Positions 1 through 7,501 of a DNA stretch of 32,000 nucleotides are shown one piece after another. The DNA is taken from contig CP061211.1 of NCBI GenBank assembly GCA_026016245.1, forward strand, positions 30,001 through 62,000, written 5' to 3'. Each line of letters opens with the position of its first letter. Position 1 is the first letter of the stretch. This stretch comes from Candidatus Pacearchaeota archaeon (GTDB taxonomy: Archaea > Nanobdellota > Nanobdellia > Pacearchaeales > UBA284). The notes under the pieces were generated by a model that was given only the letters and a program-made list of their open reading frames with translations, made no database searches and was not told the DNA's origin. The translations under genes were made by a program, and so were the position numbers.

Positions 1-1
1 A

Positions 2-1681
2 ACCCAACAAGCAGATTATATTTCAAATGATACTAGCGTTGCTTCTGTTTCAGCACTCGGCTTAGTTACTGGAATTGGAGATGGGACAGGAAAAATAACT
101 GCAGAATACACACATTCTGAGGTCACAAAAGAAGACTCTAGTATTGTTAATGTCAGATATTTTGAAGATGATTATATTAGATATATTAATCTGGCTTTAA
201 ATAAATATGAAATTGAAATAAATGAAGAAACAAGTTATGAAGTTAAGGCTTATTGGTCTAATGGTCTGACAACTGATATAACTTCTGAATCAGATGTTCA
301 GAGTTTAAATCCAAATGTTGCTTCTGTAAATCAAAATACTCATAGAGTTAAGGGAGAGGATGAAGGAATAGCCATCATAAATGCTAGCTATATTCATAAT
401 AATCTTCCTTATGGAGATGAAAAATTTATAATTGTTACTGGAGAAGCAGTTGGAGAATATAATCTTTCAGTTGACACATGTGGAGATACATCTATTCCAC
501 CAGATGGAGATTGTGAAGATTTTATTAATGTGAAAGGTGAAATAACTGTTAATCAAGAATCTTGGGGCATTGCACCACAAGAAAGATTCCCACTTCCTTC
601 AGATAATTATAGAGTTTCTTTTGGTCCTCTTCAGGATTGGTATGAACCTGGGGAGATGTCAGTATTTTTGCCTCCAAATGTTTCTTTGATGGGTATTTAT
701 ACTAAAGAGCCTGTGGAGTATGCTCTAATAATTGTCCAAGCTAAAGATGAACAGACAGGACAATTTATCAATGCTTTAATTAACTTATATCTTGAAGATG
801 ATCTTGTTAATTCTACTATAAATGATGTGAGATATAATTATTCAGAGACATATCCTATTGAATTCACAGCTGAATTTGAAGACCAAAGTGGTTACATTAC
901 ACCATCTAATTTAACAATAACAATTTATGGAAATGGAATTTATTTCTTTACAGTTTATTATGAAAAAGAAGCAGTTGGAGAATGTTTCTGTGAACCAAAG
1001 CATGTTCCTTGTGGTTTTTGTTATGATTTTTATTCTGAATGTGATGGCCCTCCACAAGGACCTGGACAAATAATTCCTTGTTCACCTGGTTGGATATGTA
1101 ATTATGTGACAGGAAAATGTCAACCAACTTCAACCCAAGATGAGTGTCATGATAATGCTACTACTTGTAATATTATCACTGGTTGTTATTGGGATTATCC
1201 AGACATCCCTCCTCCTTATTGTAAACATTGCCAAACAGAAGGTCCTGAAACATGTTCAGGTTATGATAATCAGGGAACTTGTAATTTAGATCCTTGTGTT
1301 GTCAAGAATGTTGGTTGTCCTTCTGGTGCTAGTGACTGTAGATGTGAATGGGAAACTGATGAATGTATTCTTAAATATCAACAACAAACAAATGGAGATT
1401 TTTGTGAGATAACTTTAAGACAGGGGACTTGTGAAGAAGGTTGCCAAGGAAAAATAAATTATAGATGGCAAAATTATACTTGTGATCCTGGTTCATGTTC
1501 AGAACAAGCTTGCGTGGATTTAACCTATCCTCCCCCAGATTATACAAAATCAGAATGTGTGATTTGTCCGACACCTTTTAGAGAGCTTCCATTTTTTTCA
1601 TGGTGGAATATTTTAGCTGTTGTGTCTGTATTGATAGTGTTTTATATATTCATGCTTAGAAAAAAGAGAATTAATTATTAA
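2..1681 (+). CDS. Surface protein, 5'-truncated by the window edge: two Big_2-type Ig-like domains, a beta-rich spacer, a cysteine-rich stalk and a C-terminal TM anchor
   Basis: Frame 2 is open from base 2, so the ORF-track GTG at 530 is not the true start. Translation of 2-529 gives SNDTSVASVSALGLVTGIGDGTGKITAEY and SLNPNVASVNQNTHRVKGEDEGIAIINASY, the Big_2 signature. From CFCEPKHVPCGFC to SECVICP I count 28 Cys. The C-terminus WWNILAVVSVLIVFYIFMLRKKR is a TM helix plus basic stop-transfer. Confidence 0.8.
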   Translation, partial: TQQADYISNDTSVASVSALGLVTGIGDGTGKITAEYTHSEVTKEDSSIVNVRYFEDDYIRYINLALNKYEIEINEETSYEVKAYWSNGLTTDITSESDVQSLNPNVASVNQNTHRVKGEDEGIAIINASYIHNNLPYGDEKFIIVTGEAVGEYNLSVDTCGDTSIPPDGDCEDFINVKGEITVNQESWGIAPQERFPLPSDNYRVSFGPLQDWYEPGEMSVFLPPNVSLMGIYTKEPVEYALIIVQAKDEQTGQFINALINLYLEDDLVNSTINDVRYNYSETYPIEFTAEFEDQSGYITPSNLTITIYGNGIYFFTVYYEKEAVGECFCEPKHVPCGFCYDFYSECDGPPQGPGQIIPCSPGWICNYVTGKCQPTSTQDECHDNATTCNIITGCYWDYPDIPPPYCKHCQTEGPETCSGYDNQGTCNLDPCVVKNVGCPSGASDCRCEWETDECILKYQQQTNGDFCEITLRQGTCEEGCQGKINYRWQNYTCDPGSCSEQACVDLTYPPPDYTKSECVICPTPFRELPFFSWWNILAVVSVLIVFYIFMLRKKRINY

Positions 1682-1711
1682 ATTATTTTTTCCTGGTAAA
1701 AAAGAGGTGAA

Positions 1712-4390
1712 ATGATAAAAAAAGAAGGAGTGATTTTAGTATTAGTATTTTTTATTTTATGTTGTTCTTTTAGTTCTGCTTCTGTTATTCCTGGAAATCC
1801 TTTTTTTAATTTAAGTCAAGGAAGTTTTGGTCCAGGCCAAGTTCTTGAGGGTTATTTTAACTTTTCTTTGGAAAATGAACCTGGTAATATTATGGTTAGC
1901 GGGCAAGTTGCTGCTGAGATGAAAGAGATGAATCTTCTTGATTTTTTACAAGAAGGAGAAGTAGATTTTAATTGTGATCCTAGTGATTGTGATGTTACTT
2001 ACCAGGCATCGATTCCTTCCCAAACAAAGACAGTAGTTCTTAGTGAAGAAGAGAAGTATTTTGGTTTAGTTGCTTTTGGTACTAATCCCCAGATTTTGAA
2101 CTTAAGTTTTTATCTTACTGGACAAAGCACTGCTAATCCTATTTGTGGTGAATCTCCTTTGAAAATTGATTTGCTTGATGATGGCATTATAGATTATGAA
2201 TATAAAGAGCCAAGTGGAGAATGGTGTTCTGATTTAAGACATAGTAGATGTTATGATCCTTCTATTGCTACTGGTGTTTCTGTTTTAACTTCTACTCCTC
2301 TTTGCCAGAAAATTTCTCTGAATAAGACAGGAAGGTTAGAAGTTGCTGCTGAACTTAAAGTGTATAGTGGTGAACCTTGGGATTATGATATAGAATTTAC
2401 TGTTTATGATTTAGGTGGTAGTTTAATTGGAAACTGCAGTGTTGATTATTTTTATGAATTAGAATATAGTTTTGCAAAATGTTTTATAGGTCCTGAATTT
2501 CTAGGAGAGGAATCAACATTCTTTATTGAAGAAGCAGGTGATTATCTTCTTTGTATCAGGAATAAGGGAACAAGTAGTGCAGAATATTGGATTAAAAAAG
2601 AAACTCAAGAAGAGGTTTGTGGTTTTTATGGAGAGCCGCCTTCACAGACTTATAATGAGGATTATTCTATTTATGTTCATGAAGCTAAATTTAATGCTTT
2701 TACTGAGGAAGTTGTTTTTGATGAGAGCATGCATCTTGGTGATGTTCCTTTAATGACTTATGTCCAGAATTATATTAATTCAGAATATGGAGGTAATTGT
2801 ACTGGATTTAGTGGTTGTATTATTCCTATAAAATTTATTTCATCAGCTAGCCAGACTTTGACATTGAGTGATATCAACTTCAAATATCACCCACAAGGCA
2901 CTTCTCCAACTTATAATAATTATTTTTATGATTTGATTGTTGAGTGGCCTAAAATTGATATGGATATACAGACAGTTCCATTCTCTATTCTTAATCTTAG
3001 TGCGCCTGAACAGCCAGGTTTCCAGATGGTTTTAGCTAAGATTGGAATAGCTTCGAGAAGTCTTGGTTTTGATGTTGCAGAAGTCCCAACAATCCAAAGT
3101 GTTAGTCCTCTTATTGTAATTCCAGGAAAGCTAACAGAATTTAGGACTGTTGCTACTGCTCCAGCTGGCAAACAGATTATTCAATATAGATGGGATTTTG
3201 GTGATGGTTCAGGAGAGCAAATGACAGCTGGGCCTAATATAACACATACATACAGCCAGATAAAAACATATATTTTAACTGTCAAGGCTCAAGATACTTC
3301 TGGTTTGGTTGGTTCAAGAACTTTTACTATTACCAGCAATATAACCCGCGAACTTTTGAATACTACAATACAGAATTTAAGAATAAGATTGGATAATTTT
3401 GCTTCTCAGTACAATAATATTGAATATTGGTACAGAGATATGATTGGAGTGAATGTTACAATAATAAGCACAACCCTTGATGTTTTAGAATCTCAATTAG
3501 CTACAGCAACCCAAACACAGCTTCTTGATATTAAAAATGAACTTGATGCTTTGAATGTTCCAATATCTATAAATGATACTTTGGTTTTGAGAGATTCTCC
3601 TTATATTCCAAATTTAAATGAAATAGATCCAAGTTATGTTAGTGATATGACAGGAGAGGATTATGATTCAAATCTCAAAACAGAATATCAGAATGCTGTG
3701 GCTTTATGGCAGCAGGATAATGTTAATTTGAGATTAGGAGGAGAGGCAAAAGCTTTATTTTATGAAGATAGAATAGAAGATAAGATTACAGTTGTTAATA
3801 TAAAAGTTGATCCTCTTGTTGGTATTTCTAATGCTTATGTTATTTTCTCCTTGCCTTATGGTGTTAGTTACAATGATGTCAGATTACTGCATGATGCATA
3901 TGAAGTAAGTGATTTAAATGATGCTATTGGCTTTGTCTATACTGGCTTAAGTGGCTTGGAAACAATTAGTATAACATTGCCAGGCAAGGTTGATTTTTCA
4001 GATATTAATTTTTATATCTCACCTTCTCTTCAGGAAGTACAAGTAGGAGTACAACCTCTGACAGAGCCACCAAAGAAACCACCCTATCTTCTAGCAATAT
4101 TTTTAATAATTGTTATTGCGATAGTTGTCCTTATTATCTTATGGTTTATATGGAAAGGCTCTGGGAAAAGAGAGAAAAAGAAGCTGTTCAAGAATCCTAT
4201 GGATCTTTATCATATTACTAATTTTATTTCTAACAATCAAGCTGCTGGAGTTCCAAAAAACAAGATAATAGAGAGGCTGAAAAAAGCTGGTTGGTCAAAA
4301 AAACAAATAGATCATGCTTTTAAACAAATTGGAAAACAGAAACCAATTTTTACACCTTCAGTGAAAAGAAGACCCACAAGAAGAATTTAA
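1712..4390 (+). CDS. Secreted, membrane-anchored PKD-domain surface protein with many N-glycosylation sequons and a 78-aa basic cytoplasmic tail
   Basis: GAGGTG at 1704-1709 precedes ATG 1712. Sec-type signal MIKKEGVILVLVFFILCCSFSSASV. PKD signature IQYRWDFGDGSGEQMTAGPNITHTYSQIKTYILTVKAQDTSG. At least 12 N-x-S/T sequons by my count. TM YLLAIFLIIVIAIVVLIILWFIW, then a K/R-rich tail containing GVPKNKIIERLKKAGWSKKQIDHAFKQI. Confidence 0.85.
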   Translation: MIKKEGVILVLVFFILCCSFSSASVIPGNPFFNLSQGSFGPGQVLEGYFNFSLENEPGNIMVSGQVAAEMKEMNLLDFLQEGEVDFNCDPSDCDVTYQASIPSQTKTVVLSEEEKYFGLVAFGTNPQILNLSFYLTGQSTANPICGESPLKIDLLDDGIIDYEYKEPSGEWCSDLRHSRCYDPSIATGVSVLTSTPLCQKISLNKTGRLEVAAELKVYSGEPWDYDIEFTVYDLGGSLIGNCSVDYFYELEYSFAKCFIGPEFLGEESTFFIEEAGDYLLCIRNKGTSSAEYWIKKETQEEVCGFYGEPPSQTYNEDYSIYVHEAKFNAFTEEVVFDESMHLGDVPLMTYVQNYINSEYGGNCTGFSGCIIPIKFISSASQTLTLSDINFKYHPQGTSPTYNNYFYDLIVEWPKIDMDIQTVPFSILNLSAPEQPGFQMVLAKIGIASRSLGFDVAEVPTIQSVSPLIVIPGKLTEFRTVATAPAGKQIIQYRWDFGDGSGEQMTAGPNITHTYSQIKTYILTVKAQDTSGLVGSRTFTITSNITRELLNTTIQNLRIRLDNFASQYNNIEYWYRDMIGVNVTIISTTLDVLESQLATATQTQLLDIKNELDALNVPISINDTLVLRDSPYIPNLNEIDPSYVSDMTGEDYDSNLKTEYQNAVALWQQDNVNLRLGGEAKALFYEDRIEDKITVVNIKVDPLVGISNAYVIFSLPYGVSYNDVRLLHDAYEVSDLNDAIGFVYTGLSGLETISITLPGKVDFSDINFYISPSLQEVQVGVQPLTEPPKKPPYLLAIFLIIVIAIVVLIILWFIWKGSGKREKKKLFKNPMDLYHITNFISNNQAAGVPKNKIIERLKKAGWSKKQIDHAFKQIGKQKPIFTPSVKRRPTRRI
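3107..3337 (+). other. PKD domain-coding segment inside the 1712-4390 CDS
   Basis: PLIVIPGKLTEFRTVATAPAGKQIIQYRWDFGDGSGEQMTAGPNITHTYSQIKTYILTVKAQDTSGLVGSRTFTITS carries the canonical WDFGDG...H.Y...G.Y.V.L.V.D pattern. Confidence 0.8.
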
Positions 4391-4395
4391 TTTTA

Positions 4396-6660
4396 TTAAG
4401 AAGGTTTAGGAGCTGGAGGCAAAGGTTTTGGTTTTCTTACTGGTTTTATTGGCATTGGTTTTGGCTTTATAGGTCTGGCTATTGGTTTTGCAGGCATTCT
4501 TACTGGCCTTGCTGGAGCTCTTCCTGGTGGCATTCTTCTTACAGGCCTAGATGGCATCATTCCAGGAAACTCCAATTTGGGTTTGGCTGGTTTTGCTTTC
4601 TTCCTTTTTTTAATGGATAGGAATATTAAAACACCTAATCCTAAGACTAAGAAAATGATGAGAGTTGTTAGCCATGGGAACACACTTGGTTTTTTACATT
4701 TCCCTAAACAACATCTGCTTGTATCAGAAGCTTCAACAATTGTTCCGTCACAAGCAAGGCTAGCATTACAGGCAGTTCCTCCTAAAGACGAACATGAACT
4801 TAAACAGCTTCCATCAACACAACATCTCGTAGCCTCACTTGTCTCATACATTGTTCCAGAACAAATCTGTCCAGCTTCACAAGAAACACCAGGACAGGTT
4901 TTTGGAATACATTTCCCTCCTTGGATACAACAAGTTTGTTGGCCACCAGTATTAGCAGCCTCCACTAAAGTTCCGTCTTTACAATCCTCGTCACTAGCAC
5001 AAATCTCACCACCCATTACAGCGCAGGTTTGAGAACCTGTACAAAAACCTGATTCACAGCAATAATTTGTATCAGAAGCAACAATCCATCTGTCTGAAGG
5101 ACATGATTTTCCTTGACTAGGATCACAAATCTCTCCTCCAAGATCAAAACAAGTATCACTTGCTGTTGTGCAAACCCCTTTACAACAATAAGGAGTGTCA
5201 GCTGATACAATGAATGGAATTATATTACCAAGATTATCCAAACATTTCTGTCCAGAGCCGCAAATCTGGCCACCTATCTCATTAATACACATTGATTTAT
5301 CATAAGGTTTACAACATTTCAATCCTGGCTCACAGATATAAGGAACTTCAGTTTCATTGTCAGAACAAGAACTTTTACAAGAACCATATTTATCTTCACA
5401 TGACTGGGCAATATCACAACATTCACGATCTCCAAAACAAGCATAAGGTTGAGATATGCCACCACTATTACTGCAATTGATAACACAACTATATCCATAT
5501 TGCTCACATTCAGAAAGTAATTCTAGAGTCGGCCAAACTCCAAGAAGAATTAAAGCTGTATCACGAACATTATCGCAAGCTGATCCAGAACATTCCCAGC
5601 TTCCATCTTGTTTTTGTTCTTCTAATAATGTTTCTTTTGTCTTTTCAATATCTCCTGCCATGGCTTGGGTCATTAATACAACAAGAGCAGTATCATAATA
5701 TTTGTTAGAAGAACCTTGTCCAAGCCATAATCCATCAGCTCTTTGTAATGCTATTAGTTCTGAAATAAAACTTTGTTTTTTTGTTATTTCATAAAGGAAA
5801 GGTTGAGGCATATATTGCAGATTTTCATCATAATTTATTACAAGGTAAGGCATAAATGTTTTTGCTGTATTTATTTTTCCTTGCTTCATGAATGCATAAG
5901 CTGTCCATAAACTTGCTTCATAATCACATGATCCAAGAGTTGTGATACAAGAAGAATTCAAACCTATAGAAAGAAGTCCCTGAGGGCCAGCTTCTTCATA
6001 CAAGCCAGGAACATACCAATCATTTTCTTTCTTGAATAAAAAATTAGCTATAACACTTTCATTACAACTGACATTGAAAATTTTATCAGAACATTCTGGA
6101 CTAAGACTTAACCAATAATTTTCAGCTATTGTAAAACAAGATCCTGGATTGCCTCCTAATTTGTCTTCTTTATCAATACTAATTTCATAATCAGTATTAT
6201 CATAGAACAAAAGACAGCGGGCAGGAACATTGTTGGTTGTTAATTGCAAATACCAATCAATTCCAGTAGGCATGGCTGTCTTGTTTAATAGCCATTCATT
6301 TGCTTTTTCTGTGTCTTCTCCTATTGCATCAAGGGCAAGTTTTGCAAGAGCTGTATCTTTTGTTTTACAGTTTGGAGAAGGCCAGCATGTCTCATTTTCA
6401 AAGCTCTTGTCAATCAACTTTATTTTTGATGCTTTGGTTTGTGCAAGACTCATTTCATCTCGTAAAACAAGTAATGAGAAAACATGTTGTTCTATATTGA
6501 GATTTTGCCATCTTCCAATAGCTTTATTTTTTAACCAGAGATAAGCTCTTTTAATTTGTATTTTTTCTTGTTCTTGCTGAGCAGAGATTAAAAAAGAGCA
6601 TAAAAAAAGTATTAGAATAAATACTATAAATAATAGAGCAAAGCCTCTTTTCTTATTCAT
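4396..6660 (-). CDS. Surface protein: signal peptide, prenyltransferase/terpene-cyclase-like a/a-toroid repeat domain, seven tandem six-cysteine modules, TM anchor, Pro/Lys/Arg-rich cytoplasmic tail
   Basis: N-terminus MNKKRGFALLFIVFILILFLCSFLISAQQ. Two Q-x-x-DG-x-W repeats (LQRADGLWL, EQKQDGSWE) and repeated [KYR]DTAL helices (KDTALAKLAL, YDTALVVLM, RDTALILLG) typical of prenyltransferase/squalene-cyclase repeats. 42 Cys in aa 385-655 arranged as 7 modules, each with a CC doublet. TM WLTTLIIFLVLGLGVLIFLSI. Tail KPAKPKLEFPGMMPSRPVRRMPPGRAPARPVRMPAKPIARPIKPKPMPIKPVRKPKPLPPAPKPS. Confidence 0.85.
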   Translation of the reverse strand: MNKKRGFALLFIVFILILFLCSFLISAQQEQEKIQIKRAYLWLKNKAIGRWQNLNIEQHVFSLLVLRDEMSLAQTKASKIKLIDKSFENETCWPSPNCKTKDTALAKLALDAIGEDTEKANEWLLNKTAMPTGIDWYLQLTTNNVPARCLLFYDNTDYEISIDKEDKLGGNPGSCFTIAENYWLSLSPECSDKIFNVSCNESVIANFLFKKENDWYVPGLYEEAGPQGLLSIGLNSSCITTLGSCDYEASLWTAYAFMKQGKINTAKTFMPYLVINYDENLQYMPQPFLYEITKKQSFISELIALQRADGLWLGQGSSNKYYDTALVVLMTQAMAGDIEKTKETLLEEQKQDGSWECSGSACDNVRDTALILLGVWPTLELLSECEQYGYSCVINCSNSGGISQPYACFGDRECCDIAQSCEDKYGSCKSSCSDNETEVPYICEPGLKCCKPYDKSMCINEIGGQICGSGQKCLDNLGNIIPFIVSADTPYCCKGVCTTASDTCFDLGGEICDPSQGKSCPSDRWIVASDTNYCCESGFCTGSQTCAVMGGEICASDEDCKDGTLVEAANTGGQQTCCIQGGKCIPKTCPGVSCEAGQICSGTMYETSEATRCCVDGSCLSSCSSLGGTACNASLACDGTIVEASDTSRCCLGKCKKPSVFPWLTTLIIFLVLGLGVLIFLSIKKRKKAKPAKPKLEFPGMMPSRPVRRMPPGRAPARPVRMPAKPIARPIKPKPMPIKPVRKPKPLPPAPKPS
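4696..5508 (-). repeat. Seven tandem protein-level six-Cys modules (about 35-45 aa each) with an invariant CC doublet
   Basis: Examples: CFDLGGEICDPSQGKSCPSDRWIVASDTNYCCESGFCTGSQT, CAVMGGEICASDEDCKDGTLVEAANTGGQQTCCIQGGKCIPKT, CSSLGGTACNASLACDGTIVEASDTSRCCLGKCKKPS. Recurrent GG-x-I/A-C and [AS]-[DN]-T-x(1-5)-CC-x(3-5)-C. Confidence 0.85.
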
Positions 6661-6673
6661 AGTTCTCTAAGCA

Positions 6674-6700
6674 TTTTAATATTTAAAAAACTTTTTAAAT
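6674..6700. promoter_or_regulatory. Back-to-back A/T (TATA-like) boxes in a 45-bp divergent intergenic region
   Basis: TTTTAATATTTAAAAAACTTTTTAAAT. The complement of 6680-6687 reads TTTAAATA about 26 nt from the minus-strand ATG (6660). Plus-strand boxes sit about 26 nt before ATG 6706 and ATG 6721. No SD on either side, so leaderless transcripts are inferred. Confidence 0.4.
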
Positions 6701-6705
6701 GTCAG

Positions 6706-7500
6706 ATGATACTAAGAAATATGGATAGAGATAAAAGAGGACAGGTAACTCTTTTTATTATAATTGCTATTGTTATTGTGGCTGTTGTGATTCTAGCTAT
6801 TGTTCTTGTCCCACAACTTCTTCCTAGAGAAAGAATTCCCCCAACAGTACTTGATCCAGAAGCTTATATTGCTGATTGCGTTAACTTACATTTAGAACCA
6901 TTAGTTGAGGTACTTGCAAGTCAAGGAGGCTATTTGGAAACAGGAAATTGTATTTTTTATGAAGATATCTGCAGGCATTATTTATGTTATACTACTACTC
7001 CTTATATTAATTGCACTAATCAAGAACCTTTACTTAAAGAGCATGTTGAAGAAGAATTAAAAACTAAGCTGCAACAAGAAAATGTGGTTAAAAATTGTAT
7101 TTCTAGTTTTGCTGAAGCTGCAAGAAAACAGAATTGGAATGTTGAAGCATGCTCTGTTCCAAAATTTTCAGTTAATTTGACAGAAGGCAGGATTAATATC
7201 CCTATAGAGTGTGATATAACAATGTCTAAAGGACAGGAAGTTAAAAAATTTGAAGAACTTAATCCTTTTTTAAAATGGCCTTTGTTTGAATTTGTTATAC
7301 TTAGTAAAGAAATTATTAATGAAGAAATAGAAAATTGTGATTTTGATCCCTTAGCTTATATGACTATGCATTATCAGATTGAGATTGAGAAATTTAGAAC
7401 AGGCGATGGAAGTAAGATTTATATACTTCGGGAAAGAGAAACTGGAAAAGAATTTGTATTTGCTGTAAGAAATTGTGTGTTACCAGGAGGGGTATTTTAG
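6706..7500 (+). CDS. Cysteine-rich extracytoplasmic protein with a class III (type IV pilin-like) signal peptide
   Basis: N-terminus M(ILRNM)DRDKRGQVTLFIIIAIVIVAVVILAIVL is a short charged segment, then R-G-Q directly abutting the hydrophobic stretch, as in archaeal prepilin-peptidase substrates. 10 Cys in the mature part. Start could be ATG 6706 or ATG 6721; each has an A/T box about 26 nt upstream. Confidence 0.7.
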   Translation: MILRNMDRDKRGQVTLFIIIAIVIVAVVILAIVLVPQLLPRERIPPTVLDPEAYIADCVNLHLEPLVEVLASQGGYLETGNCIFYEDICRHYLCYTTTPYINCTNQEPLLKEHVEEELKTKLQQENVVKNCISSFAEAARKQNWNVEACSVPKFSVNLTEGRINIPIECDITMSKGQEVKKFEELNPFLKWPLFEFVILSKEIINEEIENCDFDPLAYMTMHYQIEIEKFRTGDGSKIYILRERETGKEFVFAVRNCVLPGGVF

Positions 7501-7501
7501 A

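Noticed and set aside
4399-4614. DNA-level GGTTTT/GGCTTT reiteration as a micro- or minisatellite
   Set aside because: It is imperfect and in frame. It is explained by repeated Lys-Pro (AAA/AAG-CCx) codons of the cytoplasmic tail on the minus strand.
4577-6544. Several plus-strand ORFs (4577-5032, 5292-5480, 5456-5698, 6230-6544, 6300-6500) and an out-of-frame minus-strand ORF (5016-5210, 5319-5507) inside the 4396-6660 gene
   Set aside because: They are shadow ORFs of a long, well-supported minus-strand CDS (signal peptide, repeat structure, TM, tail). Their translations are low-complexity with no motifs or start signals.
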